A stretch of 24,000 nt of DNA from Gemmatimonadota bacterium (GTDB lineage Bacteria > Gemmatimonadota > Gemmatimonadetes > Longimicrobiales > RSA9), in the NCBI GenBank assembly GCA_019347975.1, contig JAHWKI010000007.1:2095-26094 (forward strand). The letters are read 5' to 3'. The notes under the pieces are model-generated. The model worked only from the letters and a program-made list of their open reading frames with translations. It ran no database searches and was not told the DNA's origin. Positions 15,879-23,199 of the stretch are shown piece by piece (position 1 is the stretch's first letter; each line of letters opens with the position of its first letter). A program made the translations under genes and the position numbers.

Positions 15879-17169
15879 GGGGCTCCGTCTCCAGGTCCGG
15901 CTCGGGCGTGAGCGTCGTCGGCCGCACCGGCCGCGTGCCGCCTCGCGAAAGCAGCACTGCGCCGAACCCGATCAGCGAGGCGATCACCGTCACCATCACC
16001 GCCATGAAGCGGAGCAGGCCCTCGATGAAGCCGAGCCACGGACCGGCCATCGTGATCACGCTCGCGGCCAGGTACAGCACCAGCAGCAGGCCGACCCCCG
16101 TCATGACGTAATAGTAGGAGTTCGCCCGGGTGAACCACTCGGTCCCCGTGAAGCGCCGCTCCGCGAACGCCTCCCCGGCTCCGTGCGCCACGGCGAGGAA
16201 CCCGCCGACGGCGGCCAGCACGGCTGCCACCCAGAAGCCCGGCAGCCAGACCAGCAGCAACGGGATCCCGACGATGGAGATCGCCAGCGCCAGCGTCCCG
16301 AGAATGAACGCCGGGGCGAGCAGGAACCCACCCGCCAGACCGACGAGCCCGGCCCGGAGCGTCGCGTTGCGGGCCGTGTCGGCGATCCCTTCCAGGTACG
16401 ACCGTCCGAAGAACACCGCCAGGAAGCCGAGACCGACCAGGATCGCGTAGACCATCAGCGTGGAGAACACGCCGGCGATTCCACGCGTGATATGGCGGAG
16501 GGGGCGGTTCCATGCGCTGCTGAACTCACGGCTGTTCGCCCGCAGCTCCCTCCGCAGCTCCTCCCGGATCTCCGTCTGCAGCTCCGAACGGATCTCGTCC
16601 CGGAGCCCCCGGAGCTCGGGCAGGTCGGCGACCACCCCCGGGTCCAGCTCTCCATCCTCGATCAGCCGCTCCAGGTCACGGATACGCTCGTTCAGGCGCG
16701 TGATGCTGTCCGACATGTACGCGTCCGGATCGGCCGCATCCCGCTGCTCTTCACCCACACCCGAGGGCGCCGCCACGGCCGCCTCCAGCTCCCGGTCCAG
16801 CCGACGCGCCACGCCGCTCGCGTCGGCGGGCGGCTCCCAGCGGCGCAGCACGTCTGCGAGGGTGCCGGTGGGGGCATCCATCGCCTGCTGGAGCAGCTCC
16901 CGCCACGACTGGTCCAGGGCATCCCGGCTGCTGTACGTGCCGATCTGGTCCCCGTTCAGCCGCACCCGCCCCTCCTCATCCAGGAGCAGCCTCAGCGAGC
17001 GCCCCCCTTCAAGGTCGAGACGCAGCTCCGCCGACCCCCGCGACAGCGCGATGTCGCTCGAGACGATCGGACTGCCCGGTGGCCCCTGCTCCTGCGCCGA
17101 AAGCGGCGCCGTGGCAGCGGACGCCCCGATCAGGACGGGTACGAGCCAATCAGAAAACGAACGACGCAT
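15871..17169 (-). CDS. Uncharacterised membrane protein: signal peptide, periplasmic region, charged coiled-coil-like segment, polytopic C-terminal membrane domain
   Basis: ATG 17167-17169 overlaps the anti-sigma gene 3' end by 20 bp, and the 3' end overlaps the next gene by 8 bp. Signal peptide MRRSFSDWLVPVLIGASAATAPLSA|QE. Charged helix RLNERIRDLERLIEDG...LRDEIRSELQTEIREELRRELR. At least 5 hydrophobic segments follow in the C-terminal 200 aa. Confidence 0.7.
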   Translation of the reverse strand: MRRSFSDWLVPVLIGASAATAPLSAQEQGPPGSPIVSSDIALSRGSAELRLDLEGGRSLRLLLDEEGRVRLNGDQIGTYSSRDALDQSWRELLQQAMDAPTGTLADVLRRWEPPADASGVARRLDRELEAAVAAPSGVGEEQRDAADPDAYMSDSITRLNERIRDLERLIEDGELDPGVVADLPELRGLRDEIRSELQTEIREELRRELRANSREFSSAWNRPLRHITRGIAGVFSTLMVYAILVGLGFLAVFFGRSYLEGIADTARNATLRAGLVGLAGGFLLAPAFILGTLALAISIVGIPLLLVWLPGFWVAAVLAAVGGFLAVAHGAGEAFAERRFTGTEWFTRANSYYYVMTGVGLLLVLYLAASVITMAGPWLGFIEGLLRFMAVMVTVIASLIGFGAVLLSRGGTRPVRPTTLTPEPDLETEPHV

Positions 17170-17794
17170 AATCGGTTCTCCGCGCTTCAGTGCGGAACAG
17201 GTTTTGGTACAGGATCCAGACCGAGGCGGCGGTCAGGGTGGCGAACATCACCACGCCCAGACCGAGGCCGCCCCGTCCGACGGAGGCCACCACTTCAGCG
17301 GCGCCGGCCGCCCACGACGCCAGCGCCGACCCGGCCACATACGACCATACCCACGACCACGCCCCGCTCAGCACCCGGGCGGCGAATTCGCTGGAGATCA
17401 CCCAGAGCCCCTGGACCGTCACGCCGGGCCGCGACATCAGCCACCAGACCAGGCCGGTGGTGGCCACGGCCGGAAGAGCGACCATGGCCGTGGTGAGCGC
17501 CCACGCACGGGTGCTCTTTGGCGCCAGGCCGGCCAGCCAGTCGGCCGCCCGAGCGAACCACGGCTGCCTGACCTGCACGCGGGCCATGACCCGGTCCGCG
17601 AATCCCGCGGCGGGCGCGTGGTAGGCGAGGGAGGAGAGCATCACGAACAGCGAATGCAGCTCCTCCACCTCCACACGGCACCGGGCGCACGTCGTCAGGT
17701 GTGCTTCGATGACGGCCGTGTCGCCGCCGTCGAGCTCCTTCGCGGCGTAGGCCTGCAGCCGCTCGTGTTCCGGATGGTTCAGGGTTTCGCTCAC
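17150..17794 (-). CDS. Anti-sigma factor (zf-HC2 type), membrane-anchored
   Basis: GTG start 17792-17794 with GGAG 8 nt upstream on the minus strand. The N-terminal HLTTCARCRVEVEEL is the H-x3-C-x2-C zinc-binding anti-sigma motif. Several TM segments follow. It sits directly downstream of the ECF sigma gene. Confidence 0.8.
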   Translation of the reverse strand: MSETLNHPEHERLQAYAAKELDGGDTAVIEAHLTTCARCRVEVEELHSLFVMLSSLAYHAPAAGFADRVMARVQVRQPWFARAADWLAGLAPKSTRAWALTTAMVALPAVATTGLVWWLMSRPGVTVQGLWVISSEFAARVLSGAWSWVWSYVAGSALASWAAGAAEVVASVGRGGLGLGVVMFATLTAASVWILYQNLFRTEARRTDYASFVF

Positions 17795-17855
17795 GCTACC
17801 TTCTCCGTGACGTCTCGTGTTCGGGCCTCCGTACGGCGGAGGCGTTCAACGGGTT

Positions 17856-18449
17856 TCAGCATCGCAGATGCTCCAGTCTTTTGCGTAACTCGTTGCGGCC
17901 GCGGTGGATGTACGTCTTCACGGTCCCGAGGGGCAGATCCATGATCTGCGCGATCTCCTCGTACGGGCGCCCCTCGATGTGCCACAGCATGATGGCCTCC
18001 CGGTATTCGGGGCGGATCTCCAGCAGCGCCGCCTCGATCTCCGTGCCCACCTCGCGGCTCGAGGTGAACTGCTCCGGGGTCTCGGCGTGGTCCACCGCGG
18101 TGAAGGATGTGGCCTCCGCCTGCTCCTGCGTCCTGGCATGGGGAGAGCCGTCCAGGGAGAGGGTCTTCGGAGTCTTCTTCCGGATGTGATCGACCGTGGT
18201 GTTGTGAGCGATCTTGAAGAGCCAGGAGCTGAACTTGTACCCGGGGTCGTACTTGTCGATGTTGTTCAGGACCTTGATAAAGGTATCCTGCGCGAGGTCC
18301 TCGGCGAGCTCGCGATCCCGGATCATGCGGTAGATGACCGAGAACAGGGGACGTTCGTACCGGCGGATCAGCTCGCGGAACGCCGACTCGCGCCCATCGC
18401 GGGCTTGCCGGATGACGTCCTGATCTGAGAGCTGCGCGTAATCCACCAT
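17856..18449 (-). CDS. ECF-type RNA polymerase sigma-70 family factor
   Basis: Region 2: FRELIRRYERPLFSVIYRMIRDRELAEDLAQDTFIKV...FSSWLFKIAHNTTVDHIRK. Region 4: YREAIMLWHIEGRPYEEIAQIMDLPLGTVKTYIHRGRNELRK. Confidence 0.9.
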   Translation of the reverse strand: MVDYAQLSDQDVIRQARDGRESAFRELIRRYERPLFSVIYRMIRDRELAEDLAQDTFIKVLNNIDKYDPGYKFSSWLFKIAHNTTVDHIRKKTPKTLSLDGSPHARTQEQAEATSFTAVDHAETPEQFTSSREVGTEIEAALLEIRPEYREAIMLWHIEGRPYEEIAQIMDLPLGTVKTYIHRGRNELRKRLEHLRC

Positions 18450-18485
18450 CTCCCGCGGTGAGCGGAACAGGGCCCGTGAGGACGT

Positions 18486-18512
18486 TACGGCCTCGTGGCC
18501 GGTCTTGTTTCA
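18486..18512 (-). promoter_or_regulatory. Candidate ECF-type (autoregulated) promoter upstream of the sigma gene
   Basis: The minus strand reads TGAAAC (18512-18507), then 17 nt, then CGTAAC (18489-18484). This resembles the AAC-N16/17-CGT architecture of many ECF promoters. The -10 lies about 35 nt upstream of ATG 18449. Confidence 0.35.
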
Positions 18513-18594
18513 GAGCGGGGGTTGTCGCGGCGGGACCGCACGGGTAGCTTCGCCGCCTCTTACCGGAGGCTCCAATCTACGGGGGGACAGCGAC

Positions 18595-19335
18595 GTGCGC
18601 GACGCATTCGACCGCGGCGGACCGACACCCCCGGCCGCGGAAAAGGCCAGGGCGGTGCAGCGCATGTTCGACGCGATCGCGCCCCGCTACGACCTTCTGA
18701 ACCACCTCCTCACCCTCAACATCGATCGCCGCTGGCGCCGCCGCGCGGTGGACCGCCTCCTCACCCGGGCCGCGGGGGATGCGGTCCTCCTGGATTCCTG
18801 CGCGGGGACGATGGATCTCGCGGCGGAGGTCGCCGGGCGCGACGAGTTCCAGGGCCTGGTCGTGGCCTTGGACTTCGCCCGCGCCATGCTCGAGCGGGGG
18901 CGCCACAAGGCGGAGGGGGTGCCGGTCCGGCCGCTCTGCGCGGACGCGCTGCGCATGCCGCACGCGAACGACACCTTCGGCGGCGCCATCGTGGGGTTCG
19001 GCGTGCGGAACTTCGCCGACCTCGAGGCGGGGCTGCGCGAGCTGACCCGGGTGCTGCGGCCGGGGGCTCCGCTCGTGATCCTCGAGCTGAGCGTCCCGGT
19101 CGTTCCCCCGCTGAGATGGCTCTACCTGCTGTACTTCACCCGGATCCTTCCGCTGATCGGCCGCATCGTCTCCAGACATGGATCCGCGTACTCCTATCTG
19201 CCGGCATCGGTGCAGACGTTCCCGCCGCCGGACGAGCTGCGGAGGCTGATGGAGGGGGCGGGTCTACGGAACGTCGAGTTCGAGCGGCTGATGGGGGGGA
19301 TCGCCGCGATTCACCGTGGAGTGAAGCCCGGCTGA
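18595..19335 (+). CDS. ubiE: Demethylmenaquinone / ubiquinone biosynthesis C-methyltransferase (UbiE/MenG)
   Basis: VQRMFDAIAPRYDLLNHLLTLNIDRRWRR is the UbiE N-terminal signature. VLDSCAGTMDLA is the SAM-binding motif I. GFGVRNFADLE..L.E..RVLRPGAPLVILE are further family motifs. The start is uncertain. I prefer GTG 18595 (purine-rich ggggggaca just upstream) over the track's TTG 18505, which would place the CDS over the putative sigma promoter. Confidence 0.8.
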   Translation: MRDAFDRGGPTPPAAEKARAVQRMFDAIAPRYDLLNHLLTLNIDRRWRRRAVDRLLTRAAGDAVLLDSCAGTMDLAAEVAGRDEFQGLVVALDFARAMLERGRHKAEGVPVRPLCADALRMPHANDTFGGAIVGFGVRNFADLEAGLRELTRVLRPGAPLVILELSVPVVPPLRWLYLLYFTRILPLIGRIVSRHGSAYSYLPASVQTFPPPDELRRLMEGAGLRNVEFERLMGGIAAIHRGVKPG

Positions 19336-20268
19336 GTCGTCGCCGGACTCGCCCGTCTCGGCGTAGCCGGCGGCGACACCGGCGACCACCAGGAGGAGAC
19401 CGAGCCACCCCGCCCACGTGAGCCCCTGGCCGAAGAGCGCGAGCGCCAGGAGCGTGCCCACCACCGGCTCGATGCTGGCGGCGATGGCGGTGGGCGCCGC
19501 CTCGATCCGCCGAACGGCGGCGAAGAAGCAGAGATTGGCGGCGAACACCGACCCGATCCCCAGACCGGCCACGAGGGTCCAGCCATCGAGGCTCGTGGGC
19601 GGTGAGGGCGCGTGGCCGAGGAGAGGGAGGAGGATCGAGAGGATGATGGTGCCGCCCAGCAGCTCCATGAAGAGCACGCGCAGGGCGCCGTAGCGCGGCA
19701 CGGCCCAGCGGGCGAGGAGGGTGGAGCCCGCGTAGGCCAGCGCGGAGAGCAGGCCTGCGAAGACCCCGATGACCCACGGAGAGCTGAGGACCGGCGGGAG
19801 CACGCCGACGTCCGACGCCTGCCCCGTGACCGTCAGGGCGACACCCGCCAGGACGACGAGCGCCAGCGCAACCCGGAGAGCCGTGATCGCCTCTCCCAGG
19901 AGCGGCAGCGCGAGCACCGCGACCAGGACGGGAGCGAGGTAGAGGAGCGTGGCCGCCCCGGCGACGCCGATCCCCGAGATGGCGAACTGGTACGCCACCT
20001 CGAACACCGCGACGATGGCTCCACCGATCCCGCCGACCAGGAGCAGCCCGAACCGGTCCACCCGGAAGAGGTCACGACGGAAGGCGCCGTAGAGCAGGAA
20101 TCCCGCGGTGGCCAGGAGGACCCGCCAGAACCCGACGCCGGTGACTTCGACACCTTCGGCGTAGAGCGCCGTGCTCAGCGGGCCGGTGGTCCCCCAGAGC
20201 GCCCCCGCGGCCAGGGCGAAGAGGTACCCGACCAGCGTAGCGCGGCGCAGCGTGGACGCGGGAACCAT
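19264..20268 (-). CDS. EamA/DMT-superfamily transporter
   Basis: About 10 hydrophobic segments form two EamA-like halves (LVGYLFALAAGALWGTTG..., ...AANLCFFAAVRRIEAAPTAIAASIEPVVGTLLALALFGQ). ATG at 20266-20268. The hydrophilic C-terminal tail runs into the ubiE 3' end. Confidence 0.8.
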   Translation of the reverse strand: MVPASTLRRATLVGYLFALAAGALWGTTGPLSTALYAEGVEVTGVGFWRVLLATAGFLLYGAFRRDLFRVDRFGLLLVGGIGGAIVAVFEVAYQFAISGIGVAGAATLLYLAPVLVAVLALPLLGEAITALRVALALVVLAGVALTVTGQASDVGVLPPVLSSPWVIGVFAGLLSALAYAGSTLLARWAVPRYGALRVLFMELLGGTIILSILLPLLGHAPSPPTSLDGWTLVAGLGIGSVFAANLCFFAAVRRIEAAPTAIAASIEPVVGTLLALALFGQGLTWAGWLGLLLVVAGVAAGYAETGESGDDSAGLHSTVNRGDPPHQPLELDVP

Positions 20269-20382
20269 GGGCGCCGAAGGTAGGCGGCGAGGTGGTCGCG
20301 GTCAATCGGTCCGCTCCCGTTTGCCGCCGTTCCCCTCCCGCGACATCTTCGCACGGCGAGCGGGAACCCGAGCGGAGGCGAC

Positions 20383-21438
20383 ATGTCGACACTGCAGGAG
20401 CAGATCGAGAGCTGGGACGGGGAGTGCGTGGTGGTGCGCCACGACGCTCCCACGGGCAGCTGGATCTTCATCGCCGTGCACGACCGCAGCCTCGGCATGG
20501 CGATGGGTGGCTGCCGGATGCGCGTCTACCCGGACGTCGTCGACGGGCTTCGTGATGCGCAGCGTCTCGCGGGAGGAATGACGCTGAAGTGGGCGGGCAT
20601 CGAGTTCCCGCTGGGAGGCGGAAAGGCCGTGCTGGCGATCCCCAGGCCACTGGAAGGGGCGGAGCGGGAAGGGCTCCTTCTCCGCTTCGGCGATCTCGTG
20701 GAGGGGCTCGGGGGGATGTACGGGACCGGGGTGGATCTCGGGACCACGCCGGCGGACATGGAGATCGTCGGCCGTAGAACATCGCGGGTGGCCGGTCGGC
20801 CGGCCGAAGCGGGCGGGGCGGGGGACCCGGGACCGTGGACGGCCCTCGGCGTCTACGAAGGGATGAGGTCGGCCGCGGCGTGCGTCCTCGGGTCGAACGA
20901 CCTCCGCGGCAGGACCGTTCTCGTCCAGGGCGTGGGGGGCGTGGGCAGGCCGCTGGTGGATCTCCTCTCCGGAGCCGGCGCCCGGGTTCTGGTGTCGGAC
21001 GCGGACGAGCGCCGTGCGCGAGCGGTGGCGGGCGACGCCGGCGCGGAGGTGATCGCCGCGGCCTCGGCCTATGACACCGAGTGCGACATCTTCGCTCCAT
21101 GCGCAGTGGGGGGAGTGTTGAACGAGCAGACGATCCCCCGGCTCCGGTGCCGGATCATCGCGGGCTCCGCCAACAACCAGCTGGAGGGGGACGTGGACGC
21201 GGAGCGGCTCTCCCTTCGCGGGATCCTTTACATCCCGGACTTCATCATCAACGCCGGCGGCGCGGTCGCGCACGGGATCCTGGAATTTCTGCACGGGCCG
21301 GAGAACGAAGTGGAGTCGAGGGTGCGGAGGGTCGGCGCCACGGTGGCGGATCTCCTGGCAGAGGCCGGAGACGGCGATCCGCTGCCGGTGGCGGTCGCCA
21401 GGGCGAAGCGGTTCATCGCCGCCTCGGCCGCCGGGTAG
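20383..21438 (+). CDS. Glu/Leu/Phe/Val dehydrogenase family (leucine/valine dehydrogenase-like)
   Basis: GGAGG (20374-20378) lies 4 nt before the ATG. GMAMGGCRM...LKWAGIEFPLGGGKAVL carries the catalytic-Lys GGGK motif. VLVQGVGGVGRPLVDLL is the NAD GxGxxG motif. FAPCAVGGVLN and IIAGSANNQL are further family motifs. Confidence 0.85.
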   Translation: MSTLQEQIESWDGECVVVRHDAPTGSWIFIAVHDRSLGMAMGGCRMRVYPDVVDGLRDAQRLAGGMTLKWAGIEFPLGGGKAVLAIPRPLEGAEREGLLLRFGDLVEGLGGMYGTGVDLGTTPADMEIVGRRTSRVAGRPAEAGGAGDPGPWTALGVYEGMRSAAACVLGSNDLRGRTVLVQGVGGVGRPLVDLLSGAGARVLVSDADERRARAVAGDAGAEVIAAASAYDTECDIFAPCAVGGVLNEQTIPRLRCRIIAGSANNQLEGDVDAERLSLRGILYIPDFIINAGGAVAHGILEFLHGPENEVESRVRRVGATVADLLAEAGDGDPLPVAVARAKRFIAASAAG

Positions 21439-21474
21439 CGGTCGTTGCGCCCGGCGCGGCGCCCCTGCCGGCGC

Positions 21475-22221
21475 TTACGTAGCTCCGGTGCCCGCTTTCC
21501 GCCGCGCGGCCAACAGTCGGCTCGCCTCCTCGAGGCGCTCCGGCGTCCCGATGTCCGCCCAGAGCGCGTCACCGATGTCCCACGCGTCGACGCGCCGTCC
21601 TTCGGCGATGAGCCGGAGATATGCGACGATGACCGAGAACGCGCCGCTCTCGGTCATCAATCCGGGGAGGGCGGGTGACACCACGCTGATTCCGGAGAAC
21701 GCGCCTTCTCTCAGGGTCCCCTGCACGGGACGGGCGAGCTGCTCGGAGCCGGAGGGGTAGCGCACCCCGATGACGCCCGCGTCGTCGAGCAGGAGCGGGC
21801 TTCTGGTCTCCGCGCGGGCGACGGCAAGGGTCGCCAGGGCGCCGGGGTCGTGCGCGGCGAGGAGCGCCGGAAGCGAAAGATCGGTGATGACGTCCGAGTT
21901 GTGCACCATGAAGGGCTCGCGGAGCTCCATCAGCCGGGCAGCCTGCTGGATCCCGCCTCCGGTATCCAGCGGCGCGTCGCCCGTCTCGCGGGAGAAGCGG
22001 ACCTCGACCCCGAAGCCGTCGCGGGCGCGGACGAAGCCCTCGATCAGCTCGCCGAGATGATGCGTGTTTATGACCAAGCGATGCGCGCCGGCATCCACCA
22101 GGCGGCGAGCGACCCGCTCGAGCATGGTGACGCCGTCCACCTCCACGAGCGCCTTCGGAATGCGGTCCGTCAGCGGCCGGAGGCGAGTGCCGAGGCCGGC
22201 CGCGAGGATGATGGCTTCCAC
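21475..22221 (-). CDS. Sugar-1-phosphate nucleotidyltransferase (NTP_transferase family, MurU / mannose-1-P guanylyltransferase-like)
   Basis: MEAIILAAGLGTRLRPLTDRIPKALV is the GxGTRxxPxxxxxPK signature. LDTGGGI and ADIGTPERLEEA are typical family elements. Confidence 0.8.
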   Translation of the reverse strand: MEAIILAAGLGTRLRPLTDRIPKALVEVDGVTMLERVARRLVDAGAHRLVINTHHLGELIEGFVRARDGFGVEVRFSRETGDAPLDTGGGIQQAARLMELREPFMVHNSDVITDLSLPALLAAHDPGALATLAVARAETRSPLLLDDAGVIGVRYPSGSEQLARPVQGTLREGAFSGISVVSPALPGLMTESGAFSVIVAYLRLIAEGRRVDAWDIGDALWADIGTPERLEEASRLLAARRKAGTGAT

Positions 22222-22246
22222 GTCGTGGGCGCCCTAGGTTGAAGGA

Positions 22247-22720
22247 ATGAAGATCGGACTGATCAGCGATACACACGGCCGTCTACGACCGGAGATCTTC
22301 GACATCCTCGAGGGTGTCGAGCGCGTGCTGCACGCGGGCGATGTGGGGCCCGCCAGCCTGCTCGTCGAGCTGGAGGCCATCGCCCCGGTCACCGCGGTGT
22401 GGGGCAACACGGATGGGTTCGAGCTGCGTTCCATGCTGCCGGAGATCGCCGACCTCGAGCTCGCCGGGGAACGCGTCGTGGTGGTGCACGGGCACCAGCT
22501 CGGCTCACCCACGCCGAAGAGCCTCCGGAGCGCGCATCCGGACGCCGCCGTCATCCTCTACGGCCATACCCACCGCCCGCTGGTCGAGCGGAACGGTGCC
22601 CTCGTCGTGAATCCCGGGTCCGCCGGGGCGGCGCGGTTCGGGATCCCGCCCTCCGTCGGAATCCTGACGCTCGCTGCGAGCCCCTCGGTGGAGCTGATCG
22701 AGCTGCCTCAAAAGTCGTAG
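22247..22720 (+). CDS. YfcE/MJ0936-family metallophosphoesterase
   Basis: The calcineurin-like motif series is present: ISDTHG, HAGDV, GNTD, VHGH, GHTH. Confidence 0.85.
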   Translation: MKIGLISDTHGRLRPEIFDILEGVERVLHAGDVGPASLLVELEAIAPVTAVWGNTDGFELRSMLPEIADLELAGERVVVVHGHQLGSPTPKSLRSAHPDAAVILYGHTHRPLVERNGALVVNPGSAGAARFGIPPSVGILTLAASPSVELIELPQKS

Positions 22721-23160
22721 GCTTCCAGGTCCGGCTCGCGGGCGAAGCGCGTCAGGGCGTCCCGGGGGGTCGGCTCGAGCTCGAGGAAGGACCGCAGGCG
22801 CCGGAACGTCTCACGGAGACGGCGCTCCCGGCCAGCGTCCTCCGGCGCGGGTGGGCGATCGATCCACTCCGGCTCCACCGACTCGGCAGTCTCCACGGAC
22901 GCCCCGCCGCTGAATATCCGTACGCTGATCCCCTCGCCGATCACCGCCAGGGCGTATGCGGGCTCCACCCCCTCCTCGAGGGCAAGGTCGTACGCCTGCT
23001 CTGCCGCTCCGCGCCCGAGACCCTGGACTTCGGCTCGCTCGACCAGCGCCTCCCGACGGTGCTCCCGCCCGGCGCCCAGATCGTCCGCCTTCGTGATGAG
23101 CCGCGCCAGGCGCCGCTCGATCCCGGGCTCTCCCGTTCGTCCCTTCCCGTTATCGCTCAT
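22708..23160 (-). CDS. Hypothetical protein (150 aa, acidic, helix-rich); family not recognised
   Basis: ATG-initiated ORF with balanced composition (…AEQAYDLALEEGVEPAYALAVIGEGISVRIF…, …LRETFRRLRSFLELEPTPRDALTRFAREPDLEAYDF). It lies 39 bp downstream of the UvrC-like gene on the same strand. The 3' end overlaps the convergent phosphoesterase gene by 13 bp. Confidence 0.55.
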   Translation of the reverse strand: MSDNGKGRTGEPGIERRLARLITKADDLGAGREHRREALVERAEVQGLGRGAAEQAYDLALEEGVEPAYALAVIGEGISVRIFSGGASVETAESVEPEWIDRPPAPEDAGRERRLRETFRRLRSFLELEPTPRDALTRFAREPDLEAYDF

Positions 23161-23199
23161 GTCCGTCTCCGGTGCAAACGGCGTTCCCCGTTCGCCGCG

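Noticed and set aside
15793-17944. ORFs 15793..17496 (+, 567 aa) and 16460..17944 (+, 494 aa)
   Set aside because: They lie antisense to the ECF-cluster genes. They are extremely Arg/Pro/Gln/Ser-rich, with no hydrophobic core. The minus-strand genes have signal peptides, TM helices and a zf-HC2 motif.
18464-18486. Plus-strand GGAAC (18464-18468), 14 nt, CGTT (18483-18486): an ECF-like motif pointing toward ubiE
   Set aside because: The 14-nt spacer is too short for the usual 16-17 nt ECF architecture. The motif is short enough to occur by chance. It is kept only as a note because it abuts the minus-strand candidate's -10 element.
20302-21294. ORF 20302..21294 (-, 330 aa) and other ORFs overlapping the dehydrogenase gene
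   Set aside because: The plus frame has the GGGK and GxGxxG dehydrogenase motifs and a good SD. The antisense frame is low-complexity.
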